Below are positions 1 through 11,979 of a stretch of DNA of 64,000 bases, one piece after another; the stretch's first letter is position 1, and each line of letters begins with the position of its first letter. This stretch comes from Felis catus (Eukaryota), in assembly GCF_018350175.1 (NCBI RefSeq), contig NC_058368.1, positions 144,710,001-144,774,000 on the forward strand, in the 5' to 3' direction. The notes beneath the pieces are model-generated. The model ran no database searches. It had not been told where the DNA came from and saw only the letters and a program-made list of their open reading frames with translations. Both the position numbers and the translations under genes were made by a program.

Positions 1-160
1 GCTCCGCCCCCCTAATTCCAAAATGTGCTCAGCATGTCCAACACCGTGCCTGAGGGCCCCCTGTAGGGGACCCTGAAGGTCAGAGGGTTGGAACCCACCG
101 TGGTTGTGGTGGGACGGTAGTCCGCAGCTGGCCGTGGTAACCCTGCGCTCTGCTTGGCAG

Positions 161-382
161 ATCACACAGGGGCAGTTTGATGAGCGCTACGTGCTGTCAT
201 CTCGGGTGCGTACAGGCCGCAGCATCCGCGGGCTGAGTCTGCCACCTGCCTGCACCCGGGCTGAGCGGAGGGAGGTAGAGAATGTGGCCATCACGGCCCT
301 GGAGGGCCTCAAAGGGGACCTGGCAGGCCGCTACTACAAGCTGTCTGAGATGACGGAGCAGGACCAGCAACGACTCATAGAC
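161..382 (+). CDS. CKMT2: Sarcomeric mitochondrial creatine kinase, internal coding exon ([10 protein letters not shown]...QQRLID)
   Basis: ttggcag|ATC...GAC|gtgagt; 222 nt; creatine kinase motif [14 protein letters not shown]; upstream exons lie outside the window. Confidence 0.97.
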
Positions 383-531
383 GTGAGTGAACCTTGAACC
401 ACCTGACCCTGCCGGGGGTGGGGATGCGCCCTGAGCTCTAGTTGGTACAGTGAGGCCTCACAGGAAGCCTGCTGGGACTTCATCTTGTTTAGTATAAGGA
501 AGGAAGAGGAGGCCTTAAAACTGGAGATCAA

Positions 532-749
532 GGGGCACCTGGGTGGCTCAGTGGGTCGAGCATCTGACTTTTGCTCAGGTCATGATCTCATGGTTCATGG
601 GCTCAAGCCTTGAGTTGGGCTTTGTGCGGACAGCTCAGAGCCTGGAGGCCGCTTCAGGTTCTGTGTCTCCCTCTCTCTCTGCCCCTCCCCTGTACCCGCT
701 TTGTCTCTCTCCCCCAAAAATAAACAAACATTAAAAAAAAATAAAAAAT
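532..749 (+). mobile_element. Can-SINE
   Basis: GGGGCACCTGGGTGGCTCAG head, (CT)n, A tail; TSD AAACTGGAGA(T/C)CAA. Confidence 0.93.
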
Positions 750-1136
750 AAACTGGAGACCAAGCCACAAAAGTAGTCTGTGGTTACAATCTGCCGAGAA
801 AACTCCAATAAGGAATTGGTGGGTTGGGGATCCATGGGTGGGGGTTAATAGAGGATCACCTTGCTTGTTGATAAATAGGAACAATTAAGTGTGGAAATCC
901 TGTGTGTACCTGGAGGATGGTCTCCATTGACACACCCAAATAAAGTCCTGGCAAGTAAGAAAATCTGGAAAGGAAATTAGCCCTGACTCCCATTGGAGCC
1001 AGCTCTGGGATTCCTGCCGCCTCCATGAGTCCTCTAAAGCTTCACTCTAACGCTGGGGAAGACAAAAACCCAAGTCCTTATTTTCCCTTATTTTTTTTTA
1101 GCACAGCTGAAAAAGGATGGCAATTTCAAAAGTAAC

Positions 1137-1334
1137 TTTTTTTTAAGTCTATTTATTGAGTGAGTGCGGCAGGGGGGACATGAGCCAGGGAGGTGCAGAG
1201 AGAGGGAGAGAGAGAGAATCCCAAGCAGACAGTGCAGAGCCTGATGCAGGGTTCAATCCCATGAATCATGAGATGATGACCTGAGCCAAAATCAAGAGTC
1301 AGACACTCAACTAGACCGAGCCATCCAGGTGCCC
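1137..1334 (-). mobile_element. Can-SINE
   Basis: Reverse-complement SINE; flanking TTCAA(A/G)AGTAACTTTT repeat. Confidence 0.88.
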
Positions 1335-1754
1335 TTCAAGAGTAACTTTTAATTAAACTCTAAGGAAAAGCAGAAACCAGTATCTGCCATTTCAGGACAT
1401 GCAATGCCACAAAATAAGTCCCACTGCCAAACCAGATGAACTAGCGTGCTTGTCTCTACAGACCACAGTCTCTTGGTCTCTGTAGCCATCAGGCCAACCC
1501 TCTGCTTGCTCTGTTAAGACAAGCCCAACTCTGCCTCAGGTAGCCACTTGAGGTTTCCAGCATCAGGTCACCAAGCCTGTTCTAATGTCTTCTACCCCTT
1601 TCACTCACAGATTATAAAGGGACTTCCCTCTCCATATTGTCTTTATTTCTTACTTCAGTGTAATCATATTTGAATATATGGTATCCATATTCATGTTGTT
1701 ACTGTATACACACACTAAGAAAAATGCCAGTCTCTTGACACTGATTTTGATATG

Positions 1755-2005
1755 AAGAGTAGTGTACTGTTGTTAAAGGCACAAACTTGGAAGTCCTACA
1801 GGTCAAGTTTGAATCTAGGCTCTGTCACTTCCTAGCTGTCTAATAGTAGGTAGGTTGTTTTTTTACTCTGAATCAATTTTCCTCACTCATAAAATGATTA
1901 TACTTGCCTCATAGTGTTGTGCGGATTGAAGAAATTAAAAGCATATTAATATGCAAGCACAGACTTGGCACATAGTGACCACTAAATCAATGATAGCTAT
2001 TTTTA
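1755..2005 (+). mobile_element. MIR; similar remnants at ~5230-5420, 16940-17140, 47680-47890, 53330-53500, 61890-62100, 63330-63530
   Basis: Core ttgaatctaggctctgtcacttcctagctg...tttcctcactcataaaatg. Confidence 0.65.
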
Positions 2006-2218
2006 TTTACAAATTATTTTACATCTCTAATACTTTGTAGTAGAAGGAATGATAATAAAAGAACCAGGAATGCCAGACACATAGAATGGTGGCTGTGGAT
2101 AACAGACTTTTCAAGATAGTGTCCCTCACTCACGGCCTACTCTGTCAGGGCATAGCATTGGTGCTGGTGGGTAAACATAATCTATAGTGATTAAGTATTT
2201 CTATCTGGGCTAAGCTAA

Positions 2219-2396
2219 CAGTTTTCGGCCTTAGCTGTACACTAGAACCATCTGACGAGCTTTTAAAAATCCCACTGTTCAGGCCGCACCCCATAACAAT
2301 TAAGACAGTCTCTGGGGGAGGGCAGGAACTGGGTATTAGTATTTTTTACAAAGCATCCAGATTATTCCAGTGGGCAGGCAAGCCTGAGAACCACTG
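2219..2396. mobile_element. MER5-type (hAT-Charlie) non-autonomous DNA transposon
   Basis: Ends GAGAACCACTG; body gagcttttaaaaatccc...ggccgcacccc...tctctggggg resembles recalled MER5 consensus. Confidence 0.7.
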
Positions 2397-2498
2397 CCTG
2401 ACAGACCTAAACCAAGTTGAAATTTGGCCGCGTAGCACTTGTCCTTGTGTCTGATCTCATCCATTTCTCCTTTCTGCTTTGTCCCTTTTGGCCTGCAG

Positions 2499-2584
2499 GA
2501 CCACTTTCTATTTGATAAGCCAGTATCCCCTTTATTAACATGTGCTGGGATGGCCCGTGACTGGCCAGATGCCAGGGGAATCTG
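2499..2584 (+). CDS. CKMT2: CKMT2 coding exon ([29 protein letters not shown])
   Basis: ctgcag|GAC...TCTG|gtatgg; 86 nt; conserved CK motif. Confidence 0.97.
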
Positions 2585-3454
2585 GTATGGACATAGCATT
2601 TTCACATTTGCAATGTGTGCAGAGGATTTCCTTCAGATCACCTGTTTGTCCTAACTTGCAGTTGACAGCATGCCTGGCTTGAGCTAAATGAAGACAGTAT
2701 TTGGAAATTGTGTCTGTGTATAATACCAAAGTATTGTAATGTTTCTAACATGTGTAAGAATGTATGCTGGTTTATATGAATTATGCATGAGAAAAAGACT
2801 ATTTTTAAGAAAAATTAGCTTCCTATTATTTGACCTCACAGAGAATCTGTTTCATGACATTAAAACAAAAGAGCAGAAAATGAAATATATTGAGGATTTA
2901 AGCAAAACCCTACAAGGAAGAATGGATATCGAGTATACACGTATTTTATCTTGGCCAACAGTCCTCAGTCCACTTTGATTCCTGTACTTTGGTAGGTTGT
3001 TATGATACTACCCAAAGGAGCGAAGTGTTCACGAGCACTTGCTCAGTGTGTGGGGATAGTAAGAATCCATGCAGCAAACATATGTGAAATCTTCTATACC
3101 CCAAACATCTTGGGCTGTAGATAAAAAAAAAAAAAATTAAACAGCACAAGATTTTGGTTGAACTTATTAGGAGAATTAGTGTCAAAACCAAACGTTATTC
3201 ATATTTGAATTATTGTCATCCATTATAATCTTGTTGGGCAAAAATATATCTTTAAGGGTTAGAGTTGGTCTTATTCTTCATTATGTCAAGGTAACATCAT
3301 TTTGTACTACTTGTTCAGGCACAGTGGAAGAATTAGGGCCTTCTAGGAAATGAGGAAGGTGAAATGAAGCAATCAAGCTACAGAAGTAAAGGGAATTTTC
3401 ATGTGTTGAAACAAATGTAGTTAATGTGCAACACCATATTTCTCTCTTCATTAG

Positions 3455-3578
3455 GCATAATTATGACAAGACATTTCTCATCTGGATTAATGAGGAAGAC
3501 CATACCAGGGTAATCTCTATGGAAAAAGGAGGCAATATGAAAAGAGTATTTGAGCGATTCTGTCGTGGCCTAAAAGAA
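3455..3578 (+). CDS. CKMT2: CKMT2 coding exon ([41 protein letters not shown])
   Basis: cattag|G...GAA|gtaaga; 124 nt, phase-compatible with previous exon; catalytic NEED motif. Confidence 0.97.
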
Positions 3579-4267
3579 GTAAGATGTTATCAGAGATTTC
3601 TGAATATTCATTAAAATAAAATCACATTTTCATTCTTGAAAGAAGACACTATGATGAATTCCAAAATGGGGCTAATATTTTCTAGGAATCATGGCACTCT
3701 TTGGGGGTAGGACTACCAGGTAGTGCTTCAAAAAATAGGTGACTGTTTTTTTGTTACTAGTTAAGTTCCTATGCTTCCCTCCCCAGTCCAGCATGTTTTA
3801 GGGAAAAGTCTGTGGATCTTTAATTATTTTCCAATTTCTTTAACAGTGTTCTTGTCTATTCTAAGCATAGAGACAGTATAGGATGTAACTATGTTCATAA
3901 GTAAACTGACCACAACCTTACCTGCTGAGAAATCCTATATTCTCCTATTCTCACATGAAAAATAGTAACAGCAACTGACACTTATTGAATATTTAGTTTG
4001 TGCTAGATACTGTATTCAATGTTTTACATGGGCATCTAATTTAATTGGATTGGACCATTTTAATATTTTAATATTTTAAATAGTATTTAAATACTATTAA
4101 TATTTTAATACTATTTTAATAATAGTAATATCATTTTCTATTAAGGAAGTAATACAGATTTACCTAAATTTCATTCACGGCAAACATACAGTACACAAGT
4201 CTCTTCCGGTGTTTGGGATGTAGTGAGTAGATGGATATTTAAGAGTTCCATTTGTTCCTTGTTGTAG

Positions 4268-4420
<153 letters not shown>

Positions 4421-4564
4421 TAGCCCTGTCGTGTTCCGTCAGGATAAGCTCAGGCATGCCTTCTTTGTGGAGGAAGAAATGGTCACTGATCATTCCTTAA
4501 CCGTTACTTTCTGCACCTACAATAGAAAATAACAACAAAGGGTTAAGTTTACTTCAAAAGACAC

Positions 4565-5050
4565 TTGTATCAGTTAGGACCAAAGGTTAAATGCTGTAAG
4601 AAAGAGATGTGGCTTCAAGAACACAGAGTTTAAATTCTCCTTCATGTTACAAGTCAGGATGGGCAGGCAGGCTGCTCTGCCCAGCCCCTTGGAGTTCCTT
4701 CCATCTCTGTCTCTCCTGGTATAGGGGTTTTCACACTTGAAACTGCAGACTCAAGGCTGGAGACTTGTAAAAACAGATAGCTTGGCTCGCAAGTGATGCT
4801 ATGCTGCTGGTCAGGGAATGGTACCTTGAGGACCACTGTCTTAGTGTCCCCTTTGCATGGTCACAGTCAGGCTCATGTTCCAGCTTGTGCAAAGGGGAGA
4901 GAGGATGTGTGTCCATGTAAAGATTTAAAGTCTAGGCCTAGAAGTGTGCACATCGCTTGTGTTCATTCCACTAGTAAGAACTTAGCTAGTGGTTATTTCC
5001 TGAGCTCCATGTGTGTATTAGTAAGAAAAAGGATTCTGGTAGGCAAATAA
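4565..5050. mobile_element. Possible ancient MaLR (MLT1-like) LTR remnant
   Basis: tgtatcagttagga... start resembles MLT1 termini; highly degenerate. Confidence 0.35.
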
Positions 5051-5509
5051 TACTAGCAAATCACATACTTTAAAACAATTTAAGAAAATGAGCTTCCTAC
5101 CAAAAACAGAATGAAAATTATTCCAGTGTTGAGAAAATTATTTGATGTGATTTAACTTCATGATTTTAATTATACAGTGAAAACTATTATACAGATGAAT
5201 AATCAACTCACCAAAGCTGGCATCCAAATGTCAGAAGTGATACAGAAGTTAGTAACAGCTCTGCTACCTTCTGTGTGACTTTGATTAAGTTAATTCCTTT
5301 GAGCCTTGGTTTCCTCATCTGTGAAATGAGAATTAAAGCAATACCTACTTCATGGTATAAAGGTTTTAGCATAGTGGCCTGGCACATAGTAAGTATGAGC
5401 TTAATAAATACTGTTACTGTCTCTTACAGTACATCTTTTCTAAATGAATGTGCCAATGCTGGTGAATCTGTTGTGCTTTTATGACACTCAGTATTGTCCC
5501 GTGTCCCAG

Positions 5510-5635
5510 GATCCACGCTTTTCCAAGATCCTGGAAAATCTAAGGCTCCAGAAACGTGGCACAGGTGGTGTGGACACGGCAGCAGTGGCAGATGTTTATG
5601 ATATTTCCAACATAGATCGAATTGGTCGATCAGAG
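5510..5635 (+). CDS. CKMT2: CKMT2 penultimate exon ([42 protein letters not shown])
   Basis: tcccag|GAT...GAG|gtaact; 126 nt; [10 protein letters not shown] motif. Confidence 0.97.
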
Positions 5636-7323
5636 GTAACTAACATCTCTCTCACTTTCCAAACACGAGCTAAGAGTATTAGCCCAAGAGAAAAAGGGAA
5701 TAGAGAAGTAGCCTAAAGAGCCTCGCCTTATTCACTAAAGAGCCTTGTCCTGAGTCCTGTTAGTGTTTCATTCCATAGTACCGTTCCTACATGGGAAGTA
5801 ACGGCATAAAGGTAAGCACAGCATACGCTGAGAATGTATAGGCGAGTAAAGGAGTTCACGGTGGGACTGTTCTCAGTCCCTCACCCGAGAGGTATTCCAG
5901 CAATCTTTCAGCATTAGGAGCTCAGTTATGCAAAAGGATGGTGGTATTTTATCACTGTGATATCACGGAACATGTATGCTCTCTGAGGGTGGTAAAATAG
6001 TGGAATTTTCTTTTGATTCTGAACTTACTTTGGTGAAGGCCACATGCTGCATTTTTAGATCCTTGATAGTTTCTAAAATTTTATTTTTGGGGGCTAAAGA
6101 TGGCAAATAATGTATACACTAGGTACATACAAGATTGTGCTCATAAAGTAAGATTCTGTGTATACCTAGGATGAACAGCATTCATAAACTGTAGGTAGGC
6201 CGGGAGTGATACAGGAGACGAAGCATAAAGAACACACTTAGATAACATGCAGCTAAATCCTAAGCAAGTCCTGATCCCCGTAAGTCATACCAATTTATCT
6301 GGATATAGTCCTATTGAACGTATTATGCCCATTTTTAATTTAAAAGTCTCTTCCTCTTATAACATACAAATCTTAATAACTTATTGGCTGGTTATTAAAT
6401 CTTTGCATTATTGATGCTCTTTCTTCTTCCTTGCCAGCTTTCAAATATTTCATTGCCTATTAGTATCCTTACCAAAAAACTGAGAAAAGGGAAGGAGGAA
6501 ACACTCAAAACAAATCACCTTATGTGCTCCCACCTCTGGTAAAGTACTTGAGGAAGAAGGAGCTATAAATAAATACATCTTCTGAAATTTACTGAATAAT
6601 GTATAGTGTAGTGAATAAAGAAGATCTGGAGCCTAGGCCTATCTGCTTCTAATATTAACTAGATTTTTATTACTGGAAAGCAAGGCAGTCACCACCTAGA
6701 AACATTTTTTTAAGTCTATAAGTTAATAGGTGACCATTATAAAAGCTAGAAAAATGCCAAAAACATTTTAAAGTAACACTACTTATTTAACTTAACACTA
6801 AGAAAACCATTGTGAACATTATTCTGTATTGTCTTCCATTTTTTAAATGATTGTTTTATGTAAAATTTATTTTTTGTATACTTTTATTCATATGAACAAA
6901 TTTATTCATGAGTTTACAGCTGTTATTTAGGAAAACTGTGATTCTCCTTAATGTATCAGGTAAATCACCTTGCTCCAGATGAGTCTGGACTTCATTTTTC
7001 TTTTGCTGCATCCATTGAACTTCACTCTTTTTTCCTGAGTGCTGTGGAATCTGGTCATTTTGGGTTTTTTATTATTGAAGTATAGTTAACACACAATGTT
7101 ACATTAGTTTCAGGTGTACATCGTTATTTGACAACTCCTTGTGCTATGCTATCCTCACCACAAATGTAGATATCATCTGTCAGCATAAAGTGCTATTATA
7201 ATAACACTATATTCTCTTTCATCCTGTCACTTATTCTATAATTGGAAGCCTATACCTCCCACTTCCCTTCACCCATTTTGCCTCTGGCAACCACTAGTTC
7301 TCTGTATTTATGGGCCTATTTCT

Positions 7324-7325
<2 letters not shown>

Positions 7326-7369
<44 letters not shown>
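7326..7369. repeat. (TG)n microsatellite; others at 8175-8218 (TG), 45607-45652 (GA), 47015-47057 (AC)
   Basis: Directly visible dinucleotide runs. Confidence 0.95.
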
Positions 7370-7370
<1 letters not shown>

Positions 7371-7711
7371 TTTTAGATTACACATATAAGTAAAATGATA
7401 TATTTGTCTTCCTCTGATTTTTTCACTTATAATGCCCTCTAGGTCCATCCATATTGTCACAGATGGCAAGATCTCAGTCTTTTTTATGGCTGAGTAATAT
7501 TCTATTATATGTATGTGCGTATGTATATATACATATATCACATCTTTCTCTGTTCATCTATCAATGGACACTTAGGTTGCCTCCATATCTTGGCTATTGT
7601 AAATAATCCTGCAAAAAATGTAGGGGTGGATATAATTTTTCAAATTAGTGTTTTTTGTTTTCTTTGGGTAAATACCAGTAATGGAATTACTGGATCATAT
7701 GGTATTTCTAC

Positions 7712-8140
7712 TTTTTTTAATGATTATTTTTGAGAGAGAAAGAACACAAGTGGGGGAGAGGTGGAGAGAGAGAGAGAGAGACAGACAGACAGGGTCTGAA
7801 GCAGGCCCTGCACTGTCAGTGCAAAGCCTGACAGCGGCTTGAACCCATGAACTGTGAGATCATCACCTGAGCTGAAGTCAGATGCTCAACCGAGGTGCCC
7901 CTGGTGTTTTTGTTCTCTTCTTTTCTTTTTTTTTTTTTAAATGTTTATTTATTTTTGAGACAGAGAGAGAGCATGAACGGGGGAGGAGCAGAGAGAGAGA
8001 GGGAGACACAGAATCTGAAGCAGGCTCCAGGCTCTGAGCTGTCAGCACAGAGCCTGACTCGGGGCTCGAACTCAAGGACCATGAGATCGTGACCTGAGCC
8101 GAAGTCTGATGCTTAACCCACTGAGCCACCCAGGCGCCCT
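7712..8140 (-). mobile_element. Two tandem Can-SINEs (~7712-7900 and ~7925-8140) inside the old L1
   Basis: Two reverse-complement SINE bodies ending in GGTGCCCC and CAGGCGCCC. Confidence 0.88.
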
Positions 8141-8168
8141 GTCTTCTTTTCTTTTCCCTTCCTCCCTT

Positions 8169-8220
<52 letters not shown>

Positions 8221-8841
8221 ACATTTTTAATGTTATAAGGAACCTCCAAACTATTTTCTGCAGTGCCTGCACCAGTTTACATTGCCACCAACAGTGCATG
8301 AGGGCTTCTTTTCCTCTGAAATCCTCAACAACATTTGTCATTTCTTGTCTTCATGATGCTGGCTATTCTGACGGATATACCATATGATTGTGTTGTTTTG
8401 GTTTCCATTTGCATTTCCCTGCTACTTGTGATGTGGAGCATCTTTTCATGTGTCTGGTTGCCACCTGTATGTCATGCTGGGGAAAATGTCTATTCAGGTG
8501 CTCTGCCCATCTTTTAATCTGATTTGTTGTTTCATTTTTTTAGCATAGTCTCAGAGGTTTGTTACTGCTTTTATCTGCCAGAGGAGACCTATCCATGGAT
8601 CTATTGCTGAGGCCAGTGTCCAAGGATTTACTGCTTAGGTTTTCTCTTAGGAGTTTTATGGTTCCATCCGTCACATTTGGGTCTTTAATCCATCTTGAGT
8701 TTATCTTTGCATACGGTGTAATAAAGTGGTACAGTTTCATTCTTTTGCATCCAGCAAATTTCTCCAGCACCATTTATTGACTATCTTTCCCCGTTGTATA
8801 CTCTTGTCTCCTTTGTCTTTAGATTTACTGTAGTAAATCTA

Positions 8842-9487
8842 GTAGTTATATATAAAATTTATTGTTAAATTGGTTTCCATACAATACCCAGTGTTCATCC
8901 CAACAGGTGCCTTCCTCAATGCCCATCACCCACTTTCCCTTCTCCCCCACTCCCCATCAACCCTCAGTTCTCAGTTTTTAAGAGTCTCTTACGGTTTGCC
9001 TCCTTCCCTCTCTGTAACTCCCCCCCCCCACTCCCCCATGGTCTTCTGTTGAGTTTCTCAGGATCCACATATGAGTGAAAACATATGGTATCTGTGTTTC
9101 TCTGCCTGACTCATTTCACTTAGCATAATACCCTCCAGTTCCATCCATGTTGCTGCAAATGGCCAGATTTCATTCTTTCTCACTGCCAAGTACTATTTCA
9201 TTGTATATATAAACCACATCTTTATCCATTCATCAGTTGATGGACATTTAGGCTCTTTCCATAATTTGGCTATTGTTGAGAGTGCTGCTATAAACATTGG
9301 GGTACAAGGGCCCCTATGCATCAGCACTCCTGTATCCCTTGGGTAAATTCCTAGCAGTGCTACTGTTGGGTCATAGGGTAGATCTATTTTTAATTTCTTG
9401 AGGAACGTCACACTGTTTTCCAGAGCAGCTGCACCAGTTTGCATTCCCATCAACAGTGCAAGAGGGTTCCCATTTCTCCACATCCTC
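8842..9487 (-). mobile_element. Young cat-type L1 3' fragment inserted in the older L1
   Basis: ORF2 C-terminus [25 protein letters not shown] plus a 3' UTR matching the young L1s at 22.1-22.66 kb and 44.2-44.8 kb. Confidence 0.9.
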
Positions 9488-11945
9488 TTCATTTCTGAGC
9501 AATTGTCTTGTTCCATGAATCTACGTGTCTCTTTTTATGCTGGCACCATACTGTTATGATGACTATAGCCTTGCAGTACATCTTGAAATTTGCAATTGTG
9601 ATACCTGCAGCTTTGTTCTTCTCTCTCAAGGCTGCCTTGGATGTTCAAGGTCTTTGTTGGCTTCGTGGAAATTTGTAGATTATTTATTCTCGTTTAGTGG
9701 GAAATTCTAGTGGTGCTTTGGTAGGGATTCCATTGATCTATATATAGTGTGATTTGGGCAGTATGGAAATTCCAATGATATTCATTCTTCCAGTCCATGT
9801 GCATGACATACCTTTCCTTTTGTGTAATCTTCAAATTTCATCAGTGTCTTCTAGTTTGCAGAGGATAGGTCTTTCACCTCCTTGGTTAGATTTATTCCTA
9901 GATATTATATTCTTTTTGGTGCAATTTTAAGTGGCATTGTTCTCTTAATTTCTTTCTGCTACTTTGTTATTGTATAAAATACAAGATTTCTGTATATTAA
10001 TATTATATCGGGCAACTTTACTGAATTCACTTAATCTAGTAGTTTTATGATGGAGTTTCTATGGTTTCCTATGTACAGTACTATGCCATCTGCAAGCAAG
10101 TAGTGCCAGCTTTACTTCTTCCTTACCAATTTGGATTTTTTTTCCTTGTCTGATTTCTGTGACTAGGTGCAGTACAGTATTATGTTAAATAAAAGTACTT
10201 CAAGTAGGCATCCTTGTCTTTTTCCTGATCTTTGAGGAAGAACTCTGTTTTTTCACCACTGAGTATGAAGATGATGTTTTTCTGTGGGTTTGTCATATAG
10301 GGCCTTTATTATGTTGAGGTCTGTTTTCCCTGAACTCACTTTGGTGAGTTTTTATTGTGAATGGATATGGTGTTTTGTTAGATGCTTTGGTTTGCTTAGG
10401 GTGTTTATCCTCATTTTATTAATGTGTTATATACCATTATAATGTGTTATATATCAGGTTGATTTATGGATATTTATCCAATCTTGCATCCCTAGAATAA
10501 ATCCCACTTGATCATGGTGAATCGTCTTTTGAATGTACTGTTGAATGTGGTTTGCTAGTATTTTTTTGAGTATCTTTGCATCTATGTTCATTAGTGATAC
10601 TGGCCTGTAGGTTTCTTGTAGTGATTTCATCTGGTTTTGGTGTAAGGGTAATGCTGGCCTCATAGAATGTATTGTGATGGTTTTCTTCCTCTTCTGTTTT
10701 TTGGTATAGACTCTTCTTTAAAATGTTTGGTAGAGTTTGCCTGTGAGCCCATCTGGTCCAGGAATTTTGACAGTTTTTGGTTACCTGCTCAATTTTGTTA
10801 CTAGTAATTAGTCTGTTCAAATTTTTTATTTCTTCATGGTTCACTTTTGGAAGATTATATGTTTTTAGGAATTTATCTACTTCTTCAAAGTTATCCAATT
10901 TGTTGGCATATAATTTTTCATAGCAGTCTCGTAAAATCCTTTGTATTTCTTTGGTGTCAATTGTTACTTCTTTTTTATTTCTGATTTTATTTGGACCCTC
11001 TATTTTTCTTTGATGATTCTGGCTTATGATTTATCAATTTTTAAATCTTTAAGGAGGTAGTTCTTGGTTTCATTGCTTTTTAAATTTTTTTTTCTTGTTT
11101 TTTAAGTCTCTTTTTCCTGCTCTGGTCTTTACGATTTTCTTCCTTCTACTCACTTTGGATTTTGTTTGTTGTTCTTCCCTTACATATAAGGTTAGATCAT
11201 TTACTTGATATTTTTTATATTACTTGAAGTTAGATTTGTATTGCTATAAACTTCCCTCTTTGGGACACAGTGAAAGCAGTCTGAGATTTTTGAATCAGAG
11301 TTTTCATTTTCACTTGTATTCATATATTTTTTAATTTCCTCAATTTCTTTGTTGCGGAATATTGGTTGTTTAATAGCATGTTGTTAAAACTGCACTTGTG
11401 TTTTTTCTAGTTTTCTTGTAACTGATTTCTAGTTTCATACTGTTGTGGTTTGAAGAGGTGCTTGATAGGATTTCAGTCTTTTTAAATTTACAGAGACTTG
11501 TTTCGTGGCCTAATGTGTTATCTATCCTGGAGAATGTTCTATGTGCACTTGAAAAGAATGTGTATTCTGGTTTTGGATGGAATGGGTCCATCTGGTCTGA
11601 TATATTGTTCAAAGCCACTATTTCCTTATTGATTTTATGCCTGGATGATCTGTCCATGGATTTGAGTGGGGTGTTAAAGTCCCTTATTATTGCATTATCA
11701 TCAATGTCTACATTTATGTCTGCTAATACTCACTTTATTTAGGAACGGTGATGTTTGGTGCACAAATATTTACAGTTGGTATATCCTGTTGGACTGATCC
11801 TTAGAACATTACATAATGTCCTTTGTCTCTTGTTTAGTCTATGTTTCAAAGTCTGTTTTATCTGATGGAAGTATCACTGCCTGGTTGTTTTTTTGTTTTG
11901 TTTTGTTTTGTTTTGTTTTGTTTTGGCTTCCATTTATATGGAATG

Positions 11946-11979
<34 letters not shown>

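Noticed and set aside
543..734. Recurrent short ORFs such as MAQ..SLEPASDSVSPSLSAPP and FNVYLFLRQRQSM
   Set aside because: Translations of Can-SINE consensus sequence, not genes.
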